This document shows positions 11,120 through 21,722 of a stretch of DNA of 35,474 nucleotides, one piece after another. The stretch comes from Thermohalobaculum sp. (GTDB lineage: Bacteria > Pseudomonadota > Alphaproteobacteria > Rhodobacterales > Rhodobacteraceae). Numbering within the stretch: the first letter of the stretch is position 1; each line of letters starts with the position of its first letter. Location of the stretch: positions 1-35,474 of the forward strand of contig DATHZU010000235.1 in NCBI GenBank assembly GCA_035458445.1. Direction: 5' to 3'. The position numbers were made by a program, and so were the translations under genes. The notes under the pieces are model-generated. The model was not told the DNA's origin and made no database searches. It saw nothing but the letters and a program-made list of their open reading frames with translations.

Positions 11120-13309
11120 CTATTCGCCGCGCGGCCCGCCCTCGGTCAACCGGGGGGCATCGGCGGCGCCGCTGCGGCCTCGACCCGAGAGCGAGGGATA
11201 CTTCATGAAAAACTCGTGGCAACTGAAAAGTTCCTCGCCCTCCCCACCCGAGGCCCGGACATATTGTCCATCCGGCATCAGCACCCAGCTCCGCGCCTCG
11301 TCGCGCAGATTTGCCGCCATGACCTGGTCGATGATCTGGGAATGCACGGTCGGATTGTCGATCTCGACCAGGGTCTCGACCCGGCGATTCAGGTTGCGGT
11401 CCATCCAGTCGGCTGACGAGATGTACACCCGCGCCTTGTCAGAGGGCAGGCCGTGGCCATTGCCGAAGCAGACGATGCGGCCATGCTCGAGGAACCTGCC
11501 GACGATGGATTTCACCCGGATGTTCTCGCTGAGGCCCGGAACACCGGGCCTCAGCCCGCAGATTCCGCGCATCACCAGATCGATCCGCACCCCTGCCTGC
11601 GATGCCCGGTAGAGGGCGTCGATCACCTCGGCCTCGATCACCGCGTTCAGCTTGGCCCAGACCTGCGCCGGGCGGCCGGCGCGGGCATGGGCGCTCTCCG
11701 CCTCCAGGAGTTCCAGCAGCGTCCGTTTCAAGGTCAGCGGCGCCACCTGGACCTTCTCGAGACGCTGCGGCGCGGTGTAGCCGGTGATGTAGTTGAAGAT
11801 CCGCGCGGCGTCGCGGGCGTGTGCGGGCGAGCAGGTGAACAGCGACAGGTCAGTGTAACTGCGCGCGGTGATCGGGTGGTAGTTGCCGGTCCCGAAATGG
11901 CTGTAGGTGACAAGCTCGCGGCCTTCCCGGCGCACGACTGTCGACATCTTGGCATGGGTCTTCAGGTCCATGAAGCCGAAGACCACCTGCGTCCCGGCAC
12001 GATCCAGTTGCCGTGCCAGCCGGATATTGGTCGCCTCGTCGAAACGCGCCTTCAGCTCGACCAGCGCGGTGACGGACTTGCCGTCCTCGGCGGCCTCGCA
12101 CAGCGCCTGGACGATCGGGCTGTCCTTCGAGGTGCGATACAGGGTCTGCTTGATCGACAATACGTCGGGATCGCGCGCTGCCTGCTGCAGGAACTGAACC
12201 ACCACCTCGAAGCTCTCGTAGGGATGGTGCAGCAGCATGTCCTTCTGGCGAACGGCGGCGAAGATGTCGCCGTCATGGTCGCGCACCCGCTCGGGCATCC
12301 GGGGATTATGCGGCCGCCAGCGCAGGTCTGGGCGGTCGTCGACGATCAGTTCGGCGACATCGGCGATGCCGACCACGCCATCGACCTCGATCATCTCGTT
12401 GCGCGCCACGCCCAGCCGCTCGCAGATCAGCGACTTCAGCGCTTCGGGCGCGCTGGCGTTCAGTTTCAGCCGGATCGCGTCGCCGCGGCGGCGGCGCTTG
12501 AGCGCGGTCTCGAATTCGCGCACCAGGTCCTCGGCTTCTTCCTCGACCTCGAGATCGCTGTCGCGCAGTACCCGGAACACGCAGTGACCGGCCGATTGGT
12601 ATCCCGGGAAGAGCTGCTCCAGCGACATCCCCAGCAGGGTCTCGAGCGGCAGAAAGCGAATCTCGCCCCCGGCACCCGCCGCCAGCCGGACATAGCGTGA
12701 AAGCTGCGCCGGGACCGGGATCATCGCCCGCATCGGCTCGCCATCCGAGATCCGGCGCAAGTCCAGCACCAGCGCCAGCCCGCCATTGGCGACGAAGGGG
12801 AAGGGATGCGCCGGGTCCAGCGCCAACGGTGTGATGACCGGGAAGACCTGGTCCAGGAAATAACGCTCGAGCATGGCCCGGTCGTCGTCGGTCAGCTCGT
12901 CCGGCCGGACGACATGGATTCCCTCGTCCGCCAGCTTCCGCCGCAGTTCGGCCCACGAGGTCTGCTGCGCAGCCTGAAGCGCAAGCGAGTCGCGATCGAT
13001 CAGCTCCAACTGCTGCATCGGAGCGCGCCCGTCGACCGAGAGCGTCTCGACCCCCGCACGCACCTGCGCCCTGAGGCCGGCGACGCGCACGGTGTAGAAT
13101 TCGTCCAGATTGTCTGCCGAGATCGAAAGGAACCGCAGCCGTTCGAGCAATGGCTGCTGCGGGTCGCATGCCTCCTCGAGCACGCGCCAGTTGAAGGCGA
13201 GCCAGGACAGCTCGCGGTTGCGGAAGCGTTCGGGACTGGCGGCGTCGACCTCGACCCGATGCTGCTCAGGCACAGGCTGGATCGGCGCGTTCAGGAAGTC
13301 TGCGCGCAT
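11120..13309 (-). CDS. ppk1: Polyphosphate kinase 1
   Basis: NRELSWLAFNWRVL, NLDEFYTVRVAGL, LLHHPYESF, KQTLYRT, ELKARFDE, KTHAK, SIVGRFLEH, SSADWMDRNLNRRVE. Confidence 0.97.
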   Translation of the reverse strand: MRADFLNAPIQPVPEQHRVEVDAASPERFRNRELSWLAFNWRVLEEACDPQQPLLERLRFLSISADNLDEFYTVRVAGLRAQVRAGVETLSVDGRAPMQQLELIDRDSLALQAAQQTSWAELRRKLADEGIHVVRPDELTDDDRAMLERYFLDQVFPVITPLALDPAHPFPFVANGGLALVLDLRRISDGEPMRAMIPVPAQLSRYVRLAAGAGGEIRFLPLETLLGMSLEQLFPGYQSAGHCVFRVLRDSDLEVEEEAEDLVREFETALKRRRRGDAIRLKLNASAPEALKSLICERLGVARNEMIEVDGVVGIADVAELIVDDRPDLRWRPHNPRMPERVRDHDGDIFAAVRQKDMLLHHPYESFEVVVQFLQQAARDPDVLSIKQTLYRTSKDSPIVQALCEAAEDGKSVTALVELKARFDEATNIRLARQLDRAGTQVVFGFMDLKTHAKMSTVVRREGRELVTYSHFGTGNYHPITARSYTDLSLFTCSPAHARDAARIFNYITGYTAPQRLEKVQVAPLTLKRTLLELLEAESAHARAGRPAQVWAKLNAVIEAEVIDALYRASQAGVRIDLVMRGICGLRPGVPGLSENIRVKSIVGRFLEHGRIVCFGNGHGLPSDKARVYISSADWMDRNLNRRVETLVEIDNPTVHSQIIDQVMAANLRDEARSWVLMPDGQYVRASGGEGEELFSCHEFFMKYPSLSGRGRSGAADAPRLTEGGPRGE

Positions 13310-13312
13310 CGG

Positions 13313-14029
13313 CTACTCCGTTTCCCCGGCCGCAGCGGCCTGGGCCAGCGCATCGGCCGCGAGGACCCGCGTCACCGGCCGCTTTCGCGCCAGCGACAGC
13401 CGGTCCAGCGCCTCGACAGCGTGCCCGGCGGCGGCGAAGGATCGCTCGATTCGCCTCGCCAGGTACTGGATCACATCCGGTCCGACCTGAAGCTGGCGGT
13501 CCGCGAACAGCTTGACAAGGACCGACGACAGCAAGGTGTCGTCTGGCGGCGCCAGCCGGACGACCGGCAGCGCGGAGAGGCGCGAACTCAGGTCCGGGGT
13601 GGCGAACGACCATCGCCCCGGCGCCTCGCGGCCGGTGACCAGCAGCCAGCATACGCCGGACGCGGCCAGGTTCCAGAGGTGAAACAGCGCCCTCTCGGCA
13701 TCCCGGCGGAGACCGGGTTCCAGACTGTCCAGCCGGTCCGCGTCCTCGACCACCACGCGGCCATGCGCTGCCAGACGCGCGGCGGTGGCGTCGTCCAGCG
13801 TGGCTGCCGCGACACATTCCGCACCGGCTTCCTGCATCCAGACATGCGCGAGATGGGTCTTGCCGGACCGCGCCGGGCCGACCAGCGCCATGCGCCGGTC
13901 CGGCCAGTCGCGCCAGCCATCCATCGCCGCCACGGCGGCGGCATTCGACGGAGAGACAAGAAATGCCGAGCGCCCCAGGGCTGGGCGATGCTCCAGCGCC
14001 AGGGGCAGTTGCCGGGAGGCGGCGGTCAT
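13313..14029 (-). CDS. hdaA: DnaA regulatory inactivator HdaA/Hda
   Basis: N-terminal QLPL clamp-binding-like motif, GPARSGKTHL Walker A, LFHLWN, PDLSSRL, KLFADRQL. Confidence 0.88.
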   Translation of the reverse strand: MTAASRQLPLALEHRPALGRSAFLVSPSNAAAVAAMDGWRDWPDRRMALVGPARSGKTHLAHVWMQEAGAECVAAATLDDATAARLAAHGRVVVEDADRLDSLEPGLRRDAERALFHLWNLAASGVCWLLVTGREAPGRWSFATPDLSSRLSALPVVRLAPPDDTLLSSVLVKLFADRQLQVGPDVIQYLARRIERSFAAAGHAVEALDRLSLARKRPVTRVLAADALAQAAAAGETE

Positions 14030-15099
14030 TCGCCCGCCTCGCCGGGTCGCGAGCTCTCGGTGCCGATATAGAGCCGCGCCTGCTTGTAGCGCCCCACCAG
14101 GAAGCGCCCGAAGACCCCGATCCCGGCCGCGGCGGGAACCGCGATCAGCAGCCCGACGGCCCCGAACAGCGACCCGAAGGCCGAGAGCGCGAAGATCAGC
14201 CAGACCGGATGCAGCCCGATCTTCCCGCCGATGAATTTCGGCGTGAGCAGGTTGCCTTCGGCCAGCTGCCCGACCACGAACACCGCGGCGACGGCGCCGA
14301 TCATCGCCGGATCGGTCCAGAACTGCGCCACAGCCACACCGATCGACAACGCCCCGCCGACGATCGAGCCGACGAAGGGAATGAAGCTGATCAACCCGGC
14401 GAAGGCCCCGATCAGAAACCCGAACTCCAGGCCGATCACGGTCAACCCGATGGCATAGTATGCCCCCAGGATCGCGCAGACCGATAACTGCCCACGCAGG
14501 AACCCGGCCAGCACCTGGTCGAGCTCGGTCATCAGCTTGCGGATCGTGTCAAGATGATCGCGCGGCAAACAATCGTCGATCCATGCGATCATCCGGTCCC
14601 AGTCGAGCAGCAGATAGAATGCCACAACCGGCGTGATCACCAGCAACGAGACGAAATCGACAACCGCCAGGCTGCCGGACCAGAGGCGTTCGAGAACCGA
14701 CAGGCTCCAGCCCTGCGCCCGCTCGCGCAACGTGTCCAGCGCACCGCGGAGCGGCGAGCTTTCGTCGCCGAGCGCCGGCAGCCAGGTGGCCACGAAGTTG
14801 CGGACCCATTCGACATAGGCGGGCGCATTGACGACGACGCTGCGAATCTGTTCGGCCAGAATCGGAATGATCAGCAGCACCGCGAGTACCGCGAGACTCA
14901 GCGCCACGACAGTGACCAGCACGGTAGCCCAGATCCGCGACATTCCCATGCGCTGCAGCCGGTCGGCGAGCGGATCGGTCAGATAGGCCAGCGCTGCCCC
15001 CAGGACGAAAGGCAGCAAGGCGTCGGACAGCAGCCACAGCAGCAAGACCAGGACCGCCAGCCCGGAGGCCCACCAGCGAAGTTGCGCACCGATCGTCAT
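14026..15099 (-). CDS. AI-2E family transporter (PerM-like)
   Basis: [51 protein letters not shown] motifs; hydrophobic; usual neighbour of hdaA. Confidence 0.92.
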   Translation of the reverse strand: MTIGAQLRWWASGLAVLVLLLWLLSDALLPFVLGAALAYLTDPLADRLQRMGMSRIWATVLVTVVALSLAVLAVLLIIPILAEQIRSVVVNAPAYVEWVRNFVATWLPALGDESSPLRGALDTLRERAQGWSLSVLERLWSGSLAVVDFVSLLVITPVVAFYLLLDWDRMIAWIDDCLPRDHLDTIRKLMTELDQVLAGFLRGQLSVCAILGAYYAIGLTVIGLEFGFLIGAFAGLISFIPFVGSIVGGALSIGVAVAQFWTDPAMIGAVAAVFVVGQLAEGNLLTPKFIGGKIGLHPVWLIFALSAFGSLFGAVGLLIAVPAAAGIGVFGRFLVGRYKQARLYIGTESSRPGEAGE

Positions 15100-15902
15100 G
15101 CGGTGAACTGCTCGCTGAGCAGCCGCTCTTCCAGCCCGTGGCCGGGGTCGTACAGCAGCTTGATCTCGATCTCGGGCGCCGAGGCGACATCGACCCGCCG
15201 CACGTCGCGCACCTCGACATGGTCGGCGGTGGCCGAGACCGGCCGCTTGGAGGGTTCGAGAATCTCGAAGGTGACCTTCGCCTCCCAGGGCAGGATCGCG
15301 CCGCGCCAGCGCCGGGGACGGAACACCGAGATCGGCGTCAACGCCATCAGGCGCGCCCGGATCGGCAGGATCGGCCCGTGCGCCGAAAGGTTGTAGGCGG
15401 TCGACCCCGCGGGCGTCGCAACCAGCACCCCGTCGCAGATCAACTCGTCCATCCGCGTCTCGCCATCGAGGATGATGCGGATCTTGGCCGCCTGCCGGGT
15501 TTCCCGCAGCAGGGCGACCTCGTTGATCGCCAGCGCCTCGTGACTGCCGCCTCTCAGATCGAAGGCGATCATCCGCAGCGGGTTGATGACCGCGCGGCGG
15601 GCCTGCGCCAGCCGGCTGGTCAGCTCGTCCGGGTGGTATTCGTTCATCAGGAATCCGACCGTGCCGCAGTTCATGCCATAGACCGGCGCCTCGAGCTGCA
15701 TCGTGTCGTGCAGGGTATGCAGCATGAAGCCATCGCCGCCCAGTGCCACGATCACGTCGGCGCGCTCCGCCGGGACATGGCCGTACCGGTGGCGCAGGCC
15801 GCGCAGCGCCGCCTGCGCCTCGTCAGCCTCGCTGGCCAGGAAACAGATCTTCTCGAAGCTCACGCGCTGGGCCGCCCTGGGTTCGTTCCTTTGCCCGAGC
15901 AT
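15096..15902 (-). CDS. nadK: NAD kinase
   Basis: [44 protein letters not shown]. Start could be ATG 15902 or GTG 15863. Confidence 0.93.
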   Translation of the reverse strand: MLGQRNEPRAAQRVSFEKICFLASEADEAQAALRGLRHRYGHVPAERADVIVALGGDGFMLHTLHDTMQLEAPVYGMNCGTVGFLMNEYHPDELTSRLAQARRAVINPLRMIAFDLRGGSHEALAINEVALLRETRQAAKIRIILDGETRMDELICDGVLVATPAGSTAYNLSAHGPILPIRARLMALTPISVFRPRRWRGAILPWEAKVTFEILEPSKRPVSATADHVEVRDVRRVDVASAPEIEIKLLYDPGHGLEERLLSEQFTA

Positions 15903-16095
15903 ATCGGCCGCGCCCGACCGGGGCAATCGCCGCCAAGCGGTCCGGGGCCGGGTTCGCTGCCGTGAGAAATCTCCGGGCAGCCGTTCAAATTCTCAGGCGG
16001 GACCCCCGGTATCCCGGAACGTCGCTTTTGGTATAGAAGCGGGTGCCAAGGATGCTATAGCGCCGCCACCTGCCCGCCCGAGAGGAGACCGTCAC

Positions 16096-17391
16096 ATGGA
16101 CGCCACCAGCCGCGATGCCGAATTCTTCACCGAATCCCTCGAGACCCGCGACCCCGAGCTGTTTGGCTCGATCCGCGACGAGCTGCACCGCCAGCAGGAC
16201 GAGATCGAGCTGATCGCGTCCGAGAATATCGTCAGCCGAGCGGTGATGCAGGCGCAGGGCTCGGTGCTGACCAACAAATACGCCGAGGGCTATCCGGGAC
16301 GGCGCTATTACGGCGGCTGCCAGTATGTGGACGTGGCCGAGCAGATGGCGATCGACCGCGCCTGCAAGCTGTTCAACTGCCGGTTCGCCAATGTGCAGCC
16401 CCATTCCGGCGCCCAGGCGAACCAGGCGGTCAACATGGCGCTGATCAAACCGGGCGACACGATCCTGGGCATGGACCTGTCGTCGGGCGGCCATCTGACC
16501 CACGGCGCCAAGGTCAACCAGTCTGGCAAGTGGTTCAACGCGGTGCAATACGGCGTGACCCGTACCGACAACCGCATCGACTATGACCAGGTCGCCGAAC
16601 TGGCCGAGCAGCACAAGCCGAAGCTGATCATCGCCGGCGGCTCGGCCATTCCGCGCCAGATCGACTTCAAGCGCTTCCGCGAGATCGCCGATTCGGTCGG
16701 TGCCTGGTTCCACACCGACATGGCCCATTTCGCCGGGCTCGTGGCGGGCGGGGTGCACCCGAACCCGCTGGACCACTGCCACGTGGCCACCACCACCACC
16801 CACAAGACCCTGCGCGGGCCCCGCGGCGGCATGGTGCTGACCAATGACGAGGAGATCGCCAAGAAGATCAACGCGGCGGTGTTCCCGCAGCTTCAGGGCG
16901 GGCCCCTGATGCATGTGATCGCCGCCAAGGCGGTCGCCTTCGGCGAGGCGCTCAGGCCCGAGTTCCGCGCCTATTCGGCCCAGGTCGTCAGGAACGCCCA
17001 GACCCTGGCCGCGACCCTGATCGACGGCGGGCTGGCGATCGTCACCGGCGGCACCGACACCCATGTGATGCTGGTCGACCTGCGGCCCAAGAAGGTCACC
17101 GGCGTCGCCGCCGAGCGGGCGCTGGGCCGCGCCCACATCACCTGCAACAAGAACGGCATTCCCTGGGACCCGGAGAAGCCGATGGTGACCTCGGGCATCC
17201 GCCTCGGCTCGCCGGCCGGCACCACCCGCGGTTTCGGCACCGCCGAATTCGCCGAGATCGGCCGCCTGATCGTCGAGGTGATCGACGGGCTCGCCGCCAA
17301 TGGCGAGGACGGCAACGGCGCCGTCGAGGCCGCGGTGAAGGCCAAGGTCAAGACCCTCTGCGACCGGTTCCCGATCTATCCGGGGCTCTGA
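16096..17391 (+). CDS. glyA: Serine hydroxymethyltransferase
   Basis: [61 protein letters not shown]; ATG 16096 after AGAGGAG. Confidence 0.98.
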   Translation: MDATSRDAEFFTESLETRDPELFGSIRDELHRQQDEIELIASENIVSRAVMQAQGSVLTNKYAEGYPGRRYYGGCQYVDVAEQMAIDRACKLFNCRFANVQPHSGAQANQAVNMALIKPGDTILGMDLSSGGHLTHGAKVNQSGKWFNAVQYGVTRTDNRIDYDQVAELAEQHKPKLIIAGGSAIPRQIDFKRFREIADSVGAWFHTDMAHFAGLVAGGVHPNPLDHCHVATTTTHKTLRGPRGGMVLTNDEEIAKKINAAVFPQLQGGPLMHVIAAKAVAFGEALRPEFRAYSAQVVRNAQTLAATLIDGGLAIVTGGTDTHVMLVDLRPKKVTGVAAERALGRAHITCNKNGIPWDPEKPMVTSGIRLGSPAGTTRGFGTAEFAEIGRLIVEVIDGLAANGEDGNGAVEAAVKAKVKTLCDRFPIYPGL

Positions 17392-17399
17392 GCGGCGCA

Positions 17400-18263
17400 A
17401 TGGCCATCTCGCGCGACCAGGCCCGGGGAATGTTCCTCGGGCTGGCTGCGGGAGATGCAGTCGGCACGACTGTCGAGTTCCGGACCCGCGGCAGCTTCGA
17501 GCCTGTGACCGGCATGACCGGCGGCGGGCCGTTCCATCTCGCCGCCGGTGAATGGACCGACGACACCGCGATGGCGATCTGCCTGGCCGAAAGCCTTATC
17601 GAATGCGGTGGCTGGAATGCCATCGACTGCATGGACCGGTTTTTCGCCTGGTCCGAAGATGGTTACGCCTCGTGTACCGGCTCTTGCTTCGACATCGGCA
17701 TGACGATCGCCCGTGCGTTGTCCCGCTACCGCCAGACCGGGCACCCATATGCCGGTTCGACCGATCCGCGGTCCTCGGGGAACGGTGCGATCATGCGACT
17801 CTCGCCCGCGGTCATCGCCTTGGCGGATGCACCTGAGGCGGCGGTCCGATTGGCCGTGCTGCAAGGCCGGCTTACCCATGCAAGCAGTGAGTGCGACCTC
17901 TATGCGGAGAGGCTGGCCAGACTGTTGATCACCGGCGACCCGGCAAAGGCGGAAGGGGCGCTGCCCGCTGGAACCGCCGAGGCGAAGATTTCCTCCACGG
18001 GCTATGTCAGGCATACCTACGAAGCGGCGGTTTGGGCCGTCGCGACAACGGGCGATTTCCGCTCCGCAGTGCTCCGCGCCGTCAATCTCGGCGACGACGC
18101 GGACACGGTCGGCGCGGTCACCGGGCAGATCGCGGGCAGACTCTACGGTGCATCAGGCATTCCCGCGGAATGGCTCGATCGGCTCGCCTGGTGCCATCGG
18201 ATCGAGAGGCTGGCGGACACCCTGCTCGACGGCAAGATTTCGCCACCATCCGCCGCTGGCTGA
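17400..18263 (+). CDS. ADP-ribosylglycohydrolase (DraG/ARH/Tri1 family)
   Basis: GDAVG, GEWTDDT, FDIG, GNGAIMR, NLGDDADTVGAVTGQIAG metal-binding motifs. Confidence 0.92.
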   Translation: MAISRDQARGMFLGLAAGDAVGTTVEFRTRGSFEPVTGMTGGGPFHLAAGEWTDDTAMAICLAESLIECGGWNAIDCMDRFFAWSEDGYASCTGSCFDIGMTIARALSRYRQTGHPYAGSTDPRSSGNGAIMRLSPAVIALADAPEAAVRLAVLQGRLTHASSECDLYAERLARLLITGDPAKAEGALPAGTAEAKISSTGYVRHTYEAAVWAVATTGDFRSAVLRAVNLGDDADTVGAVTGQIAGRLYGASGIPAEWLDRLAWCHRIERLADTLLDGKISPPSAAG

Positions 18264-18290
18264 TCATGGCCGCCTGATTGATCCGGCGAC

Positions 18291-18659
18291 TCAGTTGACC
18301 TTGGCCACCCCCAGCGGCACCGAGTATTTCCGGCACCAGATATAGACCTCGTCGAAACTCGCCGCGTCGATCCCCGCCGGAACCGCATAGGTCTGGGCGC
18401 CCTTGTTCTGGCGCAGTACCTCGAAATCCGTGCCGTCCGCGAACTTGCCGCCCTTGCCGAAGCCGACCCGCGGGTCTGGCGCGCCGTCCAGGCTGAAGTC
18501 CGCGCCGAGCCGGATTTCCCAGCCGGTGGCGGTCTGCACCACCTCGACCCCGCCAGTGGTCACATGGCCGCTGGCACCGGTGAAGCTGCCGCTGCCGGCC
18601 ATGGCGGCAGCGGGGGCCAGTACCAGGACGGCGAGCAGTGCTGCCGATATCTTCTTCAT
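18291..18659 (-). CDS. Secreted DM13 domain protein
   Basis: Signal peptide MKKISAALLAVLVLAPAAAMA; GSFTG, DGAPDPRV, GAQTYAVP, VYIWCRKYSVPLGVA DM13 signature; GGAGG RBS supports ATG 18659. Confidence 0.85.
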   Translation of the reverse strand: MKKISAALLAVLVLAPAAAMAGSGSFTGASGHVTTGGVEVVQTATGWEIRLGADFSLDGAPDPRVGFGKGGKFADGTDFEVLRQNKGAQTYAVPAGIDAASFDEVYIWCRKYSVPLGVAKVN

Positions 18660-18845
18660 CTCCAACCTCCGGGTCATTCTGTTGCCGTTCCGTAAGAGAT
18701 GCTTGGATCGAACGGCATTTGCATCCCCCTTCACGCAGAGGTTATCAGCCTTGCCGCGGCCAGATTTTGGGCGTCGTCCGCGACCCCTACACAATCGATT
18801 GGCATGGCCCTATAGTGGTGGTGTTTGTGCGTGAAGGAGAGCAAG

Positions 18846-19316
18846 ATGCGCTGCCCATTCTGCGGCAATACCGATACTCAGGTAAAGGATTCCCGCCCCG
18901 CCGAGGACCATGTGGCAATCCGGCGGCGGCGCAGCTGTCCCGGGTGCGGCGGCCGGTTTACCACCTACGAGCGCGTGCAGTTGCGCGATCTGGTGGTGGT
19001 CAAGAAGAATGGCAGGCGCGAGGATTTCGACCGCGACAAGCTCTCGCGCTCGATCCGCATCGCCATGCAGAAGCGCCCGGTCGAGCCTGACCGCATCGAG
19101 CAGATGATCTCGGGCATCGTGCGGCGGCTCGAGAGCATGGGCGATACCGACATTCCCTCGGACACGATCGGCGAGATCGTCATGGAGGCGCTGGCCCGGA
19201 TCGATACCGTGGCCTATGTGCGCTTTGCCAGCGTCTACAAGAACTTCCAGGAGGCTGATGACTTCGAGGAGTTCGTCGCCGAGTTGCGTCCGCCTTCCGA
19301 TACCCCCGAGGCCTGA
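18846..19316 (+). CDS. nrdR: Transcriptional repressor NrdR
   Basis: [33 protein letters not shown] zinc ribbon, ATP-cone, AYVRFASVY; AAGGAG RBS. Confidence 0.97.
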   Translation: MRCPFCGNTDTQVKDSRPAEDHVAIRRRRSCPGCGGRFTTYERVQLRDLVVVKKNGRREDFDRDKLSRSIRIAMQKRPVEPDRIEQMISGIVRRLESMGDTDIPSDTIGEIVMEALARIDTVAYVRFASVYKNFQEADDFEEFVAELRPPSDTPEA

Positions 19317-19319
19317 TCC

Positions 19320-20468
19320 ATGCCCCAAGCGCCGGTGTCCGCGGAGACCGACGCCCGCTGGATGCGCATGGCGCTGGCGCTGGCGGCGCGGGGGCTCGGG
19401 CGGGTGGCGCCCAACCCAGCGGTCGGTGCGGTGCTGGTGCGCGAGGGCCGCGTTCTCGGGCGCGGCGCCACCGGGCCGGGGGGCCGGCCCCATGCCGAAA
19501 CCATCGCGCTGGCCCAGGCGCTGGCCCTCTACGGCGCCGACGCGCTGCAGGGTGCCACCGCCTATGTGACGCTTGAGCCTTGCGCCCATCACGGCAAGAC
19601 CCCGCCCTGCGCCCAGGCACTGGTCGAGGCCGGGATCGCCCGGGTCGTCTGTCCGCTGCAGGACCCCGACCCCCGGGTCTCGGGCCGCGGCTTTGCGGCG
19701 CTGGCCGCAGCTGGAGTCGCGGTCGAGACCGGGCTGATGGCGGACGTGGCGCGCCGGCTCAATGCCGGCTTCATGTCACGGATCGAGCGCGGGCGGCCGC
19801 ACCTGACCCTGAAGCTGGCGGCGACGCTGGACGGGCGCATCGCCACCCGCACCGGCGAGAGCCGCTGGATTACCGGACCCGAAGCGCGGGCGCGGGTCCA
19901 TCTGATGCGGATGCAGTCGGACGCAGTGCTGATCGGCGCGGGGACCGCCCGGGCGGATGACCCGATGCTGGATGTTCGGGGCTTCGGCCAGGGGGCGGCG
20001 CAGCCGCTGCGGGTGGTGGCCGATGGCGGGCTGTCGCTGCCGCTGACCGGCCGGCTGGCGATGAGCGCAGGCGACCATCCCGTCGCTGTGCTCTGCCGCC
20101 GCGACGCCCCGGCCGACCGGCGTGCGGCGATGGCCGGGCTCGGGATCGAGGTCATCGACACCGACGCGGGCACCGACGGCACGCTGGAAATCACCGATGC
20201 CGTCGCCAGGCTGGCCTCGGCCGGGGTGACCCGAATCCTGTGCGAGGGCGGCGGCCGGCTTTCGGCAACGCTTCTGGCCGCGGGTCTGGTGGACGAAGTG
20301 GCGCTGTTTTCCGCCGGCAAGGTCATCGGCGGCGACGGTGTCGCCGCGGTCGCGGAGCTCGGGCTCGACCGGCTTGGCGCAGCGCCGGGATTCGCGCTGG
20401 AGAGCGTCGAGCCGATCGGCGGAGATGTCCTCTCGGTCTGGCGCTCGCTGCCCGCGGAAACCCGCTGA
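19320..20468 (+). CDS. ribD: Riboflavin biosynthesis deaminase/reductase RibD
   Basis: PNPAVGAV, HAE, TLEPCAHHGKTPPC, LKLAATLDGRIA, SRWITG, CEGGG. Confidence 0.97.
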   Translation: MPQAPVSAETDARWMRMALALAARGLGRVAPNPAVGAVLVREGRVLGRGATGPGGRPHAETIALAQALALYGADALQGATAYVTLEPCAHHGKTPPCAQALVEAGIARVVCPLQDPDPRVSGRGFAALAAAGVAVETGLMADVARRLNAGFMSRIERGRPHLTLKLAATLDGRIATRTGESRWITGPEARARVHLMRMQSDAVLIGAGTARADDPMLDVRGFGQGAAQPLRVVADGGLSLPLTGRLAMSAGDHPVAVLCRRDAPADRRAAMAGLGIEVIDTDAGTDGTLEITDAVARLASAGVTRILCEGGGRLSATLLAAGLVDEVALFSAGKVIGGDGVAAVAELGLDRLGAAPGFALESVEPIGGDVLSVWRSLPAETR

Positions 20469-20502
20469 AGCGCCCCGGCGGCAAGCCGGCAGGGCCATGG
20501 CC

Positions 20503-21630
20503 TCAGAACGTGGTCAGCGCCCGCGCCGATCCGGCAAACGTGACGAAGGGCATGACCGACTGCAGCACCTTCATCCACTTGGTGAAAGGCGCCGAGGTGA
20601 CATAGAGCGTATCGCCGTCGCGCATCACGAATTCACGGGCCAGGAACATGCCGCCGGGACTGGTCAGGTCGATCAGGTAGACGACCCTCCGGTCGCCACC
20701 CCCCGGGGCGCCCGGCAGCACCTGTGCCGCGACCTCGGCCGGCTCCTGCCGGAAGATGAAGACGCCGGTGGGATCCGCGCTGGCGTCCAGAAGCCCGCCG
20801 ACGGCGCCCATTGCCCGGTCGACCGACAGGTCGCGGGCTGGGAAGGGCACGGTCGCTGGGCGGCCGACGGAGCCCAGCGCCGTGAAGCTGCGCCGGTCGC
20901 GCTCGGCGATCACCGCATCGCCCGTGCGCAACGCCACGTCGTTGCGCGGGTCGTCATAGAGGTCCTGCACCCAGATCTCGCCCGAGGCGGTGCCGCGGCG
21001 CAGCTTGAGCCGCACCACCTCCGGGTCTTCGCCGACACCGCCGGCGCGCGCCAGCATCGGCAGCAGCCGCGCGGTCGGCGGCTCGATCGGATAGAGGCCG
21101 GGCGACCGCACCCGGCCCTGCAGGCTGACCACGCGCCCGCGCATCTCGAGTGGAAAGATGTCGACCTGGGGGTTCAGGGTCTGCTCGGCCAGTTGCACGC
21201 GAATGGCCTCGCGCAACTGGGCGACCGTCCGTCCCGCGGCGCGGACCGCGCCGACATAGGGGACGAAGATCATGCCCTTCTCGTCCACCTGCGCCTTCGG
21301 CAAGGCCGTCGCGCCGATGCCCTGCGGGTTCAGCAGGCCCTGGTCGATGTTCTCCCAGACGGTGATCGCCACCACGTCGCCCGGAGCCAGCGCCGCGGTG
21401 TCCTCGGGCGCAGCCTCGACGAAGGCCGCCGGGAACACCGCACGCTCGTCCAGCCGGGTCGCCTCGGCCACGGCGGGCGTGACGCGGACCAGGTCGAAGT
21501 CCAGCCCGGCCGGCGCCGGCGCGGTCACCTCGGAATAATCGGGTCCGCTGCGCGGCACGCCGCACGAGGCGAGGCCGGCCAGCAGGGCGGCGAACAGGAT
21601 GGGGCGGAGCGCTCCGGCAATCATCGGCAT
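20503..21630 (-). CDS. Polysaccharide/capsule outer-membrane export lipoprotein (Wza/BexD/CtrA family)
   Basis: Lipobox LAS-C followed by GVPRSGP; GDVVAITVWE, GMIFVPYVG, DPTGVFIFR, MRDGDTLYV motifs; start set at ATG 21630. Confidence 0.9.
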   Translation of the reverse strand: MPMIAGALRPILFAALLAGLASCGVPRSGPDYSEVTAPAPAGLDFDLVRVTPAVAEATRLDERAVFPAAFVEAAPEDTAALAPGDVVAITVWENIDQGLLNPQGIGATALPKAQVDEKGMIFVPYVGAVRAAGRTVAQLREAIRVQLAEQTLNPQVDIFPLEMRGRVVSLQGRVRSPGLYPIEPPTARLLPMLARAGGVGEDPEVVRLKLRRGTASGEIWVQDLYDDPRNDVALRTGDAVIAERDRRSFTALGSVGRPATVPFPARDLSVDRAMGAVGGLLDASADPTGVFIFRQEPAEVAAQVLPGAPGGGDRRVVYLIDLTSPGGMFLAREFVMRDGDTLYVTSAPFTKWMKVLQSVMPFVTFAGSARALTTF

Positions 21631-21722
21631 TTCGACTTTCCCTTTCTGGGTGGGCCGGTTCGGCATTCAACCGTTCCGGTCTGCGGACCTATGGCCCGGT
21701 CCGTTGTTGCGGGTGCCGGTCC

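Noticed and set aside
15930-16095. ZMP/ZTP or glycine riboswitch upstream of glyA
   Set aside because: I could not find the conserved aptamer sequences; the region is short and shared with the divergent nadK promoter.
18789-18804. NrdR-box-like palindrome ACACAATCGATTGGCA upstream of nrdR
   Set aside because: The central and right-hand positions deviate from the NrdR consensus, and there is only a single copy whereas boxes are usually tandem.
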